Shown in pieces: positions 8,576 to 17,506 of a DNA stretch of 64,000 bases. The notes under the pieces were generated by a model. The model saw only the letters and a list, made by a program, of their open reading frames with translations. It searched no databases and had not been told where the DNA came from. Each line of letters starts with the position of its first letter. The first letter of the stretch is position 1. This stretch comes from an uncultured virus (IMG/VR IMGVR_UViG_3300034072_000228) (Duplodnaviria > Heunggongvirae > Uroviricota > Caudoviricetes), in IMG/VR virus record IMGVR_UViG_3300034072_000228, one strand, 5' to 3'. A program made the position numbers and the translations under genes.

Positions 8576-10078
8576 CTAGTAATAAGCAACCTTGCGCCGG
8601 TACATCGGCTCGCGGTCTTCATCATCTGATTGCAGGCTTAAAAAACCACCCGTCCTAAAACGTAATAAAGCTTGGGTCATTGAATCTACAAGGTCATCAT
8701 GCTCCCCAGAAGGGAAAGCCGCCACCTCTTCGATTAACTCATCAGCAAATTTGCGCTCCGGCACCCATATTCGCCCCGACGCAAACAAATCCGATACGGC
8801 ATTTAGCCTCACGATCTTGTCATTACCTTTGGTGGGACTGTATTCACTGACCGGTATACCCATCCTCCGGAGTTCAAAGACCAACGGGCTTCCTGCTGCC
8901 TTGGCTTCAACCAAAAATACATCCGGTTCCCACTCGCGGTAGGTTTCATAAGCCTTCTGTTTAAGCTCTGGGAATTCATATCGGTCCTTAAATGCGTCCA
9001 ACAGGATGATATTCGTTTCTCCTTCCTCTGTCGTCCACACACCCCAGGTCGTACAAGCCGAATAATCCGCCCGGTTATGTTTTAAAAACGCAGTATCCCA
9101 ACTCTGAATCACAAAATCACACTGTGGCGGTCTATCTGCATCCCATCTTTTCCACCATTCACGCTTAACAATCGCACCTTCTTCTGCTGTAGGCTGCTGT
9201 TGATACTGAGCATTCCATTTACCTACCGGCAATTCCTCTTTAAGCGCTAATAATTCCTCTAACTTCCAAAATTCCGGCCAAACAGGTTTTCCCGACGGCA
9301 TAATCGCAGGTAATTCAATAACTTCCCACTCATCACCACCCCTTGTTTGACTCGCTTTAATAACTTGACCCGTTAAATCTCTTAACGACCAACGTGTAGC
9401 GACAATAATAATAGCCCCGCCAGGTTGTAATCGCTGTCTTGGTCCAGATGTATACCACTCATACACCGAATCAAATATATCTGGCTTATGTGCCGCTAAT
9501 TTAGCTTCCTGTTCTGAATGCGGATCATCAATAATTAATAAATCCGCACCTTTACCCGTTACAGAACCACCAACACCAATGGAAAAATACTCACCACCCT
9601 TATTAGTAGCCCATCGCCCAGCAGATTTATTATCTGCCTTGAGCTTCACATCGTTAAATACTTGATTATATTCTTCTGAATCAATTAAGTTTCTAACTTT
9701 ACGCCCAAATCCCACAGCCAATTCAGCAGTATGTGAGGTCTGTATTATCTTTTTATTCGGATTTTTACCCAAAAACCAAGCAGGTAATAAATAACTGGCA
9801 AACTCAGACTTAGTATGTCTAGGCGCCATGTTAATAATCAGACGTTTATTATGTCCATTAACAACATTTTCAAATGCCTTGGCAACTATTTCATGATGCC
9901 TACCCGGTATAAACCCCGGCCACATGCGTTTCACAAACGTCATGAAATCATTTTGCGCCAGGTTCTTAGCATCCTCCCGCTCCAGTTCCTCGATTTCTTG
10001 AAGCAATATCCTCTTCTCATCCTCAGTAAGCAGATGAAGCTTCCCGGCAGCCGCTTTAGCTAACTGCCTAAGATCCAT
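8576..10078 (-). CDS. terL: Terminase large subunit
   Basis: LIINMAPRHTKS (Walker A region), LLIIDDP (Walker B), nuclease motifs QSWDTA and HDDLVDS. Confidence 0.95.
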   Translation of the reverse strand: MDLRQLAKAAAGKLHLLTEDEKRILLQEIEELEREDAKNLAQNDFMTFVKRMWPGFIPGRHHEIVAKAFENVVNGHNKRLIINMAPRHTKSEFASYLLPAWFLGKNPNKKIIQTSHTAELAVGFGRKVRNLIDSEEYNQVFNDVKLKADNKSAGRWATNKGGEYFSIGVGGSVTGKGADLLIIDDPHSEQEAKLAAHKPDIFDSVYEWYTSGPRQRLQPGGAIIIVATRWSLRDLTGQVIKASQTRGGDEWEVIELPAIMPSGKPVWPEFWKLEELLALKEELPVGKWNAQYQQQPTAEEGAIVKREWWKRWDADRPPQCDFVIQSWDTAFLKHNRADYSACTTWGVWTTEEGETNIILLDAFKDRYEFPELKQKAYETYREWEPDVFLVEAKAAGSPLVFELRRMGIPVSEYSPTKGNDKIVRLNAVSDLFASGRIWVPERKFADELIEEVAAFPSGEHDDLVDSMTQALLRFRTGGFLSLQSDDEDREPMYRRKVAYY

Positions 10079-10286
10079 CTTTCTTCCTCACCACCCTAAT
10101 ACTCCTACTCTTTCCAGGCGTCCGCTTCAAATACCCCTGCTTACACAAACTCTTCACAAGCCTATGCACATTACTCTTACTATCCTGTAAGAGCACAAAC
10201 CTAATATCGTCATACGACGGACCAAAGTGGTACAACTCCCACCAAGTCTTCACCGCCAATAAGACCTTAGCCTCCGCCTTCGTCAT
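10068..10286 (-). CDS. LexA-type winged-helix DNA-binding domain protein without a peptidase domain
   Basis: T....VL..GPSYDDI..S.SNVH..V..L...GYL.R.PGKSRSI resembles the LexA N-terminal domain. Confidence 0.75.
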   Translation of the reverse strand: MTKAEAKVLLAVKTWWELYHFGPSYDDIRFVLLQDSKSNVHRLVKSLCKQGYLKRTPGKSRSIRVVRKKDGS

Positions 10287-11005
10287 GGTTTAAACACAGA
10301 CTCCCGCTGCCATAACGTCATCACAATCTTCTCTCCCCGAATAACTGGATCCCCGCTGTGCCTAGCCGACTCCATCGGCACACCATGCCGATCCACATTC
10401 GCAAAACATACCGCACCCCCGCGCCTTGGATTCACCGTCACATCCATCAGTGGAAATGACGTACCACCCCCTTCATCAGCACACTGCAAATAAACCACCA
10501 CCGTTCCATACCGCTGCCCGCCCATGGACGCATACTCCCTACATCCAGGAGAATCATCAAACCAATCCACATGCGGCCTATACTCCTCTCCAACCCCATA
10601 CTTCAATACCTGTAAATTCTCTCCATACTCCATCGGCCACCCAGTCAACTGTGATAACCGCATCTCCATCTCATAAATAAACCTATTCTCAGCCTTACCA
10701 AACGACGTACCCTCACTCGTCCTAGACTCATCCACCTTATCCCCACCCGCACTATTCACCACCTTATTCCTCTTAAACCCCCTCTTATATGACAACCCTA
10801 TCAATACATCACACTCCACATCACTCAACACACTATCCACCACACTCACATCACCAACCCGCGCCACAGACCTAACCGCCCGCGGTCGGTAATCCAAATA
10901 CCTCCAAGCCTCTTTCCCTATCACCCCATACATAACATCCCACAACTGCCTCTTCGTACAACCCCTCTCCAAACCATCCCTAACCCACTCACTCCAATCC
11001 ATCAT
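10283..11005 (-). CDS. Prolyl 4-hydroxylase-like 2OG-Fe(II) dioxygenase
   Basis: SRTS..E.LQVLKY..G.EY.PHVDWF..GGQR..T...YL....GGGT.FP..H.GDPV..GEK; the HxD...H..K signature of P4H. Confidence 0.88.
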   Translation of the reverse strand: MMDWSEWVRDGLERGCTKRQLWDVMYGVIGKEAWRYLDYRPRAVRSVARVGDVSVVDSVLSDVECDVLIGLSYKRGFKRNKVVNSAGGDKVDESRTSEGTSFGKAENRFIYEMEMRLSQLTGWPMEYGENLQVLKYGVGEEYRPHVDWFDDSPGCREYASMGGQRYGTVVVYLQCADEGGGTSFPLMDVTVNPRRGGAVCFANVDRHGVPMESARHSGDPVIRGEKIVMTLWQRESVFKP

Positions 11006-11885
11006 TCAACCTCTTCTGCACCTCATCCCTAGCCTCCTCCCTAGGCTGCCACTCTATCTTCGGCACCTCCCCCATCGTCTCCGCATACCACCGCTTCGGA
11101 TCCTCCCATATCGGCCTCTCCTTTTTTTTCCTACCCCCCGTATGGGAACCCACTCCATCTTCCATGGGGGCCTCTTCCGAGGTAATTCCGCCCATGGGCG
11201 GAATTGTAGACTTTAGTAGGGGGTGGGGGTCTTCGTCGGGGGGATCCAAATTTTTTTCGGTGGGTACGTGTGGATTTGAATATTTATCAGAAGGTACGTG
11301 TGGATTATTGGACCTAGAGTCGCCCCTGCCCGCCCCGCCACTTTGTGCCCCCTCCCCCTGGGTGGGGTCGTGCGCCTCCACGTCGATAACACCTCCTAGC
11401 CTGGCGAGCTTCTCTCTGAGCTTGGCTGTGGTATCGCTTGCGCTTTGGTGCGTGACAACTGACCGAGTCTCGAATGCGCTCACGTCTGCAAGCTGTCCTA
11501 ACATGCGAAGGGCGCCGAGCCGGTCAGAGTCTTTTTTGGCAGTGCGAGCGATATGCTGGAGCTCATCAACAAGGAAATCTCTTATCCGCAAGGGGTTTTG
11601 CGAATACCTCAACCTCTGTATCCCCTCTTGCACAGCGATCGCTTGCTTCACGTCACTTCTCTCTGCTACTCGCCATGCTGCCGTTGTCGTACTGCGTGAG
11701 CTCCCTTGTGGCTCATATGCTTCGATGTAAGCATCTCTCTTACTTGCTCCCTCTGCTATAGCCTGGACAAATTGTTTTTCTTGTGGCGTAAGGCTTAAAC
11801 CCGGCGTAAGCACTTTATCGGCCGGTATGCCCTTCTGTAATGCCTTCAATGCTCTATCAGGCAGTGCTGCCCTTGCGCTTGCCAT
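10989..11885 (-). CDS. terS: Terminase small subunit with long disordered C-terminal extension
   Basis: LTPQEKQFV..G....AY..AY helix-turn-helix and DRLGALRMLG motif; first gene of the packaging operon. Confidence 0.75.
   Translation of the reverse strand: MASARAALPDRALKALQKGIPADKVLTPGLSLTPQEKQFVQAIAEGASKRDAYIEAYEPQGSSRSTTTAAWRVAERSDVKQAIAVQEGIQRLRYSQNPLRIRDFLVDELQHIARTAKKDSDRLGALRMLGQLADVSAFETRSVVTHQSASDTTAKLREKLARLGGVIDVEAHDPTQGEGAQSGGAGRGDSRSNNPHVPSDKYSNPHVPTEKNLDPPDEDPHPLLKSTIPPMGGITSEEAPMEDGVGSHTGGRKKKERPIWEDPKRWYAETMGEVPKIEWQPREEARDEVQKRLNDGLE
11182..11224 (+). repeat. Dispersed 43-bp element, copy 1 (palindrome AATTCCGCCCATGGGCGGAATT plus tail)
   Basis: GT-AATTCCGCCCATGGGCGGAATT-GTAGACTTTAGTAGGGGGT inside terS. 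Confidence 0.9.
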
Positions 11886-11915
11886 GCTTCCCTCATGAGA
11901 ACGAAATAAGAACGC

Positions 11916-11943
11916 ATTATGACCGTTTATCTGCCGTAGTCAA
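11916..11943 (-). promoter_or_regulatory. Possible sigma70 promoter for the terS operon
   Basis: TTGACT-16 nt-CATAAT on the minus strand, 30 nt upstream of the terS ATG. Confidence 0.45.
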
Positions 11944-11993
11944 CCTTACGTCAGCTAGAACCTGCCATTAGTCCATTTATACCCTTTACCCTA

Positions 11994-12022
11994 TTGCATA
12001 CAATATATGACAAGCCTATGAT
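11994..12022 (+). promoter_or_regulatory. Sigma70 promoter for the early plus-strand block
   Basis: TTGCAT-17 nt-TATGAT upstream of a GGAG RBS and the ATG at 12057. Confidence 0.65.
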
Positions 12023-12056
12023 GTATTGCATGTTCAATCACACCCTGGAGCACACC

Positions 12057-12263
12057 ATGACAACCGATCAAACCTTAGCCCTTGCCCGTAAGCATGCCTC
12101 ATGCTCTAGCTCTAGAGCTTGCCTTGCTGATGCTGTACGTGTCCTTGACTCTGAACGCTTTACCTATCCTGAACGCATGCAATATGCCAAGGATTGGGCC
12201 GTTCGCTCCCTTGCTTATTCCGTGGGTGTTTTTCATCCTGATTACCAGAAGGCTACACGCTGA
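12057..12263 (+). CDS. Early hypothetical protein
   Basis: GGAG RBS; first ORF after the promoter; C-terminal SLAYSVGVFHPDY. Confidence 0.7.
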   Translation: MTTDQTLALARKHASCSSSRACLADAVRVLDSERFTYPERMQYAKDWAVRSLAYSVGVFHPDYQKATR

Positions 12264-12333
12264 GAGCATAGCCCATCGCCCGGCGTGCCGGGTTTTGGGG
12301 TGTGCTTTTGCACCATAACCAGAGAGAACCAAT

Positions 12334-12534
12334 ATGAAACGATTGATACACCGCTTAGCCCTGCGCTTTGCACCCTTCACAGTGCGCGTGCTTGGCTCAG
12401 ACCGCACTTATACCCACAAGGCGCACACCTACGCCGATGCACTCTCATGGGCCCAGCAATATCCGGCCGACTGGGGTCGCGTTATTATCTCCGGCCGCTT
12501 TGGTCGCACCATGGCAGAACGGGGGCAAGCATGA
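12334..12534 (+). CDS. Early hypothetical protein
   Basis: GAGAG RBS; ATGA-coupled to the next ORF. Confidence 0.65.
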   Translation: MKRLIHRLALRFAPFTVRVLGSDRTYTHKAHTYADALSWAQQYPADWGRVIISGRFGRTMAERGQA

Positions 12535-12833
12535 GCAAACCTTACACCGCCCGCACATGGCCCGAACGCCTCGCCATCATGAAAGACTTAGAGGCTTGCA
12601 ATTCAATGATGCACCAGGGCCACGTTGGTAACGGCTTTGTCGCTGCCATTGGCCGGGATAGCTTCGCCGTAACCGATCAGGCCATGCGAGCCCATGGCTT
12701 TGAATGCGCCGAGCTTTACAACTTCCCGCTAGGCACTGATAAACCCGCCGAGCACCTACGCCACGACTCCCGCGGCTTTCCTTCTTGCTGCTGGTTACTG
12801 GCTTGGTTCGAGCCGATCGGGGGCCAAGCATGA
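12531..12833 (+). CDS. Early hypothetical protein
   Basis: Start MSKPY at 12531; ATGA overlaps at both ends. Confidence 0.6.
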   Translation: MSKPYTARTWPERLAIMKDLEACNSMMHQGHVGNGFVAAIGRDSFAVTDQAMRAHGFECAELYNFPLGTDKPAEHLRHDSRGFPSCCWLLAWFEPIGGQA

Positions 12834-13024
12834 ACGCCGCACAATGCGCCGCCGTTTATCTTGCCGCCGTCGACTTGGCGCACGCAATCAAATCGCAAAG
12901 GGATTGCGAACCCATGGACGAAAAAGCCTTGTTGTTTACCCTGCAAGATTTGCGCGAAGCCTTCCCAATTATTTCCGATCAGATCGCTTACGTAATCGAA
13001 ACTCTCGACGAGGTGAAGTCATGA
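12830..13024 (+). CDS. Early hypothetical protein
   Basis: Start MNAAQ; ATGA coupling at both ends. Confidence 0.6.
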   Translation: MNAAQCAAVYLAAVDLAHAIKSQRDCEPMDEKALLFTLQDLREAFPIISDQIAYVIETLDEVKS

Positions 13025-13365
13025 TGCTACTGAGCAAAACTTACGAGGTAATCACGCCCGAATCCGCCGAGGATGGCGTAGTTGATCAATCGGGCTTTGA
13101 ATTCGAGCGTGAGCCTTTCAGCTTTAGCGAATTAGTCCAGGCGCTGGAGGATTACTCGCACGTGAGCGATTCAACTTTTGGCGATCACACATGGGCCATA
13201 TCAGAGCCGGAGATCAACTACCGAACCGGCGCCGAAACGGTTTATAGCTTGCACTTCGTTGGGCCCGAGTCAAAGCGTAAGTATTGGCTGAGAGCATTAC
13301 GCAATCGCTTCCGCCCGAAAGTAGAGCCACGCAACCGCGGCCAAATGGCCCTTGATGGGCTCTAA
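13021..13365 (+). CDS. Early hypothetical protein
   Basis: GAGGTG RBS; TYEVITPESAEDG motif. Confidence 0.65.
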   Translation: MMLLSKTYEVITPESAEDGVVDQSGFEFEREPFSFSELVQALEDYSHVSDSTFGDHTWAISEPEINYRTGAETVYSLHFVGPESKRKYWLRALRNRFRPKVEPRNRGQMALDGL

Positions 13366-13531
13366 TCATGCGCCCTATCCCTTTGTGGCAATTCAACCCC
13401 ATCACGGGCTACTGGAAACTGGCTCGCATGTGCGACCCAGCCACAGCGCACCAATGGCTGGCAATTTATCAGCGCGACCATGGCGCCAACTTTATCGAAC
13501 TAACCCACATCAAACCAAAGAGAGCACCAAA

Positions 13532-13696
13532 ATGAACGATTACATCGCACAAGGCTTTAAAAACCGCCGCGACTATCTCGAAGCACTGGCCGAGGAATAC
13601 GACCGCGACAAGGTTTTTATGCTGGCCGCCATGCTTGGCCCTTCCGAGGATTTCGACGGGCTAGTTACCGCCCTTGAGGATGACTCGGACTACTGA
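13532..13696 (+). CDS. Early small acidic phage protein
   Basis: GAGAG RBS; GF.NRRDYL..LAEEY..LA.MLGPSEDFDGLVTALED. Confidence 0.7.
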   Translation: MNDYIAQGFKNRRDYLEALAEEYDRDKVFMLAAMLGPSEDFDGLVTALEDDSDY

Positions 13697-13764
13697 GGTT
13701 TTGACTTTGAGCACTTCGAGGAGTGCTCAGGGGCGCAACTTCACGCCGACAACCGGAGAGAACC

Positions 13765-14208
13765 ATGGAACAACGCAAACAGCAAATAATCGACAGCCTT
13801 TATCGCTGGATCAAACAACGCCCCGGCCTTGAATACGGGAATTACGGCGACCCGACAGCCTACCGCTCAGAAATGCGCGACATCACCAAAGACTTACACC
13901 ACGCCCGCGAAATGCTTGCCTACATTAGCCGCCGGCCTAGCATCACAGCCGACGATTTAATCGAGGCGACCTTCCGCGCTTACAGTGCTCGACTAAGCAT
14001 CCATGAAGGCATCGAACGCGCTGAGGTCGACTACTGCACGGGCCAATACTGGCCCACTGAATATCGCCGCGCTACTTGCGCCGTGCTTGCCTCGGCTATA
14101 TGGCACAAATTCGCTGAGGATATGACCCAACCAGTAACCGGCGACACCATACGCAAGACCGCACGCCGTGAGCTTTCCCGATCTGTCGCGGCCCGGTGGT
14201 TTCGATGA
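13765..14208 (+). CDS. Early hypothetical protein
   Basis: GGAGAG RBS; QRPGLEYGNYG..DYCTGQYWPTEYR. Confidence 0.7.
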   Translation: MEQRKQQIIDSLYRWIKQRPGLEYGNYGDPTAYRSEMRDITKDLHHAREMLAYISRRPSITADDLIEATFRAYSARLSIHEGIERAEVDYCTGQYWPTEYRRATCAVLASAIWHKFAEDMTQPVTGDTIRKTARRELSRSVAARWFR

Positions 14209-14498
14209 ACGCTCGCCCCTTTTTTACTTTCGCCACCCGCGACGAGCCCGAAAGGGCTTTCTTTCGCTTAGTCGACGAGTATCGAGCACGCCACCCGGCC
14301 GGGCTAAGTGGCACGATAGCCGAGAAAAACAGCTTCGAAGTGTTCACGCCACCCAAGACCACTCACCCGCTTTTATTTGCTGCGCAGATGGTCAGCCGTA
14401 GGGATAGACGCATAGCCGACCCATACGGCCCCGCCGGCATGGTTTTATGTGAAGGCGATTTATTGTTTTATGGGCTTGCGATACACTCGCCCGGATGA
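14205..14498 (+). CDS. Early hypothetical protein
   Basis: ATGA coupling to both neighbours. Confidence 0.5.
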   Translation: MNARPFFTFATRDEPERAFFRLVDEYRARHPAGLSGTIAEKNSFEVFTPPKTTHPLLFAAQMVSRRDRRIADPYGPAGMVLCEGDLLFYGLAIHSPG

Positions 14499-14695
14499 AC
14501 CCTTACATCGAGATGAATGAAGGCATGGCCGAGATTCTAGCGGCCTTGCCTGAGCAATTCCAGCATCCCGGAACCGCCGCCGCCGCACTGGCTGCGGCTT
14601 TTGTCGTTCACTGTCGCGCATGGGGTATTGACGACGACACCGCGCAAACGCTTATCAGTGCAGCCCTAGCCGATTACACACTCACGAAGCATTGA
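14495..14695 (+). CDS. Early hypothetical protein
   Basis: ATGA coupling; ends overlapping the convergent primase gene. Confidence 0.5.
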   Translation: MNPYIEMNEGMAEILAALPEQFQHPGTAAAALAAAFVVHCRAWGIDDDTAQTLISAALADYTLTKH

Positions 14696-15448
14696 CCGCA
14701 CCGCACCAAGACCTGATCGCATATGCAAATCATTTGCATCCTCCCCAAGATTTGGACTCATGCACCACAACAAACCGCTCGCCTTCGCCACCCGTTGACC
14801 AGTGCCGCTCTCGTCATGATCCGCCACGATACGCCCGCCCGTAATCTTCGCCACATGCGCCAGATTACCCGCGCTGAAGCACACCACCACCCGCACGTCA
14901 GAAAACCGCAGCGCCGCCTGTACACTTAGCCCGGTAGCATAGCCCTCGACTAGCCACGGATCCCGGCCTCGACCAAGCACGAACACCGCGCCTTTCGCAC
15001 GCGTACCTGGTATGAAGCGCTTTTCACCACTGACTTGGATTCTCTGGGCGCCTACCACCCGCTGCGTGTTTATGTCCCGCATAGGTACGATCAGCTCTTC
15101 ACCAATCACTAGCCCCTTGGCGTCAGGAAATCCCTTGGCTTTTAGATAGGGATGCGTGGCCATGGTCGCCTTATTGATCAGCTCCTGCGCTTGCTTGGCT
15201 GCCCGTGCGTGCTTGATACGCTCTTCACTATCGTCAAAGTATTTGATGAACTGACTGACCTTCTCACCATACCGTGCAAACGATTCCATGGTTGCCCAGT
15301 TCTTCACCACTCCTGAGTTGCCATCAAAGATGTAAGCGCCATTCCTCTTACGTGGCTTATCTACCGTGGGTACGCGATGCCACCGGCCATCAGGTATGGC
15401 ATGGTTGATGATCAGACCATGGGCCTGTGCGTGTGCAACAAAGCTCAT
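14666..15448 (-). CDS. TOPRIM-domain DNA primase-like protein
   Basis: DGRWHRVPT..NGAY, HPYL..KG, LVEGYATGLS, VV.FSAGNL, ADHD.SG.G, DANDL. Confidence 0.85.
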   Translation of the reverse strand: MSFVAHAQAHGLIINHAIPDGRWHRVPTVDKPRKRNGAYIFDGNSGVVKNWATMESFARYGEKVSQFIKYFDDSEERIKHARAAKQAQELINKATMATHPYLKAKGFPDAKGLVIGEELIVPMRDINTQRVVGAQRIQVSGEKRFIPGTRAKGAVFVLGRGRDPWLVEGYATGLSVQAALRFSDVRVVVCFSAGNLAHVAKITGGRIVADHDESGTGQRVAKASGLLWCMSPNLGEDANDLHMRSGLGAVRSMLRECVIG

Positions 15449-15813
15449 GTGTTCTTCTCCTTCAAGGCTTGTTCAATAACTCGGGCAAACTTTTCTTCCG
15501 GCCCCCAGCAACTGTTAAACCCAATCTCCCGATCAATAATTTCTGATACTTCTTCATCCGTCAGCCCAACCCATTCTTTCTTTTGTGGTGCGGTGTACAG
15601 GGGTGACCGACCTTCGCCAGCAGATTTGTAAATGGTTCCACACCCTACTGCATCGAAATGCTCACGCACCTCATCAATCTTTACCCAACCCTCTACTGCG
15701 GTCCAATACTCAAACGGTTCTGTCTCCAGTGCTTGGCAGCAGTGCCCACACCGTGGACATTCAAAATCCAAATAGGACTTGTCCTTCTGGTACATGTTGT
15801 GATCCCCGCTCAT
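15445..15813 (-). CDS. Modular small phage protein with EWVGLTDEE module
   Basis: PLYT.PQ..WVGLTDEE..FAR.IE..LKEKNT; shares its C-terminal module with 20977-21261. Confidence 0.7.
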   Translation of the reverse strand: MSGDHNMYQKDKSYLDFECPRCGHCCQALETEPFEYWTAVEGWVKIDEVREHFDAVGCGTIYKSAGEGRSPLYTAPQKKEWVGLTDEEVSEIIDREIGFNSCWGPEEKFARVIEQALKEKNT

Positions 15814-15986
15814 ACCTTCCCCCCAAGTAATAACCTCAATGAATCCATGACCCAGTACTTCGGGCCCGTCGTTATCCCCGCGGCGATGCGCCAGATCGAT
15901 GACTGCGTTACACCAATCGACTTAGCAATCTGGTGATGCGTCATGCCCCTGGCCTCCAGAGCCCTCACAATTTCCTGTGGCGTCAT
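15810..15986 (-). CDS. Cro/XRE-like helix-turn-helix protein (58 aa, not in the ORF track)
   Basis: Manual translation MTPQEIVRALEARGMTHHQIAKSIGVTQSSIWRIAAG...GGKV; ATGA overlaps at both ends. Confidence 0.75.
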   Translation of the reverse strand: MTPQEIVRALEARGMTHHQIAKSIGVTQSSIWRIAAGITTGPKYWVMDSLRLLLGGKV

Positions 15987-17506
15987 ACCATCCTCCTTGC
16001 AAACTTACTCTTTGCATACTTGATGACCTGCTGCTTGATCTTGTTCTGCGTCACCATCCTGGGCTCCACATGAATAGCCTCGTGGAACTTCCACTTAGGC
16101 CAATCCCCCGTCAAATTCTTGTACTGAGCCTTGGCAAATCGCTCAGCCGCCGCAAGATCCCCGCGCTTTCTGTCCTTGCTGATCTGCACAATCTCCCACC
16201 AAACCAGCCGCTTGTCCGCCATCCAATCAGATGACTTTGTGCCGCCAAACTCCACCATCTGACCCTGCACCGAAAGCACATTGCTCATGGCCCTGCGCTC
16301 TGATCCACACGATGGACACACCCGGCCGCGGAACATGTACCCACAAGCCGTGCACTTGATCTCTGCCTTCTCCTTCTCAGTCGGCTCCTTGCGTACCTTG
16401 GCATCCAGCTTTCCGTCTTCCAGTTCCTGTACACCATGGGCAAATACTTCTACCTGATCCTCCCAGAACCGAGTCAGATTGCCTGCGTGATCTAACCAAA
16501 CCGCAAAGTCCTTTCCCGGATGCGGGCGCATGACCCTGCCCATCTGCTGAATATGGCCTGATAATGATTTTCTATATGGCCTTGCACATACACCGATTTT
16601 AATATCTGTAACATCAAATCCTTTTGCTAATGCTTCACAAGATATTAATCCGATTATCTCGCTGTCTGGTTTTCTGAACTCATCGATTAATTCCCTTCGC
16701 CGTTCGTTATTACCATCCTTATAACTGATCTGCTGAAAGTTATAACCCCTCTGTGCAAACTCTCTGCATAATTCCTCACCGTGTGCAACGGTTGCACTAA
16801 ATACAATGGTTTTAACTGGGCCGCCAAAGTTTTTATTCGTTGCTTGTACCCACTCGGTAACAATATCGCCAACGATCTCAACTCCTTGTTTTTCCATGTC
16901 TTTTTCTGCCCACTCGCCATCGAACTTAACCGCGGCGCCGCGCATATCCATCTCTGACTTCGCTACAAACATTTTAACTGGCACTAACCAACCGTCATTA
17001 ATTAGTTTATCGGTTGTTGTGCTGTTTACTACGTTGCTGAATATCTTTGATAATCCCTTGGTAAATGGCGTAGCAGTTAATCCAACAACAACAGCTTGCG
17101 GGTATTTATTAATAGCATCCGCTACAGATTTAAATACCGTATGGCATTCATCTATAACAATTAGTTTAGGCTCATTATCTATTTTGCGACGCGCTAATGT
17201 TTGTGCTGATATAACCTGCACATATTCATACGGACGCCAACGCCAGTGATCTGCCTGAATGACGCCGTGTGGTACGCCATACCTATCCAGTGTTGTGCTG
17301 GTCTGGTCTACCAGTGATACGCGATCGCATATGAACCAAGCTACATTCTGCTTGGCCCTTGCTTCGTTCAGTAGGTAGCTGGCAGATACAGTCTTGCCTG
17401 CACCCGTGGGCGCCACCAGGATCTGCGATCGATGCCCTTTGCGGACACCATCACGCAGTTCATCCAGTGCTTTGATTTGGTAGTCACGCAGACTTTCGAT
17501 CAGCAT
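15983..17506 (-). CDS. Superfamily 2 DExH helicase with zinc finger (RadD/YejH-like)
   Basis: LRDYQ, APTGAGKT, IDECH, GLTATP, QQMGRVMR, CxxC..CxxC. Confidence 0.9.
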   Translation of the reverse strand: MLIESLRDYQIKALDELRDGVRKGHRSQILVAPTGAGKTVSASYLLNEARAKQNVAWFICDRVSLVDQTSTTLDRYGVPHGVIQADHWRWRPYEYVQVISAQTLARRKIDNEPKLIVIDECHTVFKSVADAINKYPQAVVVGLTATPFTKGLSKIFSNVVNSTTTDKLINDGWLVPVKMFVAKSEMDMRGAAVKFDGEWAEKDMEKQGVEIVGDIVTEWVQATNKNFGGPVKTIVFSATVAHGEELCREFAQRGYNFQQISYKDGNNERRRELIDEFRKPDSEIIGLISCEALAKGFDVTDIKIGVCARPYRKSLSGHIQQMGRVMRPHPGKDFAVWLDHAGNLTRFWEDQVEVFAHGVQELEDGKLDAKVRKEPTEKEKAEIKCTACGYMFRGRVCPSCGSERRAMSNVLSVQGQMVEFGGTKSSDWMADKRLVWWEIVQISKDRKRGDLAAAERFAKAQYKNLTGDWPKWKFHEAIHVEPRMVTQNKIKQQVIKYAKSKFARRMV

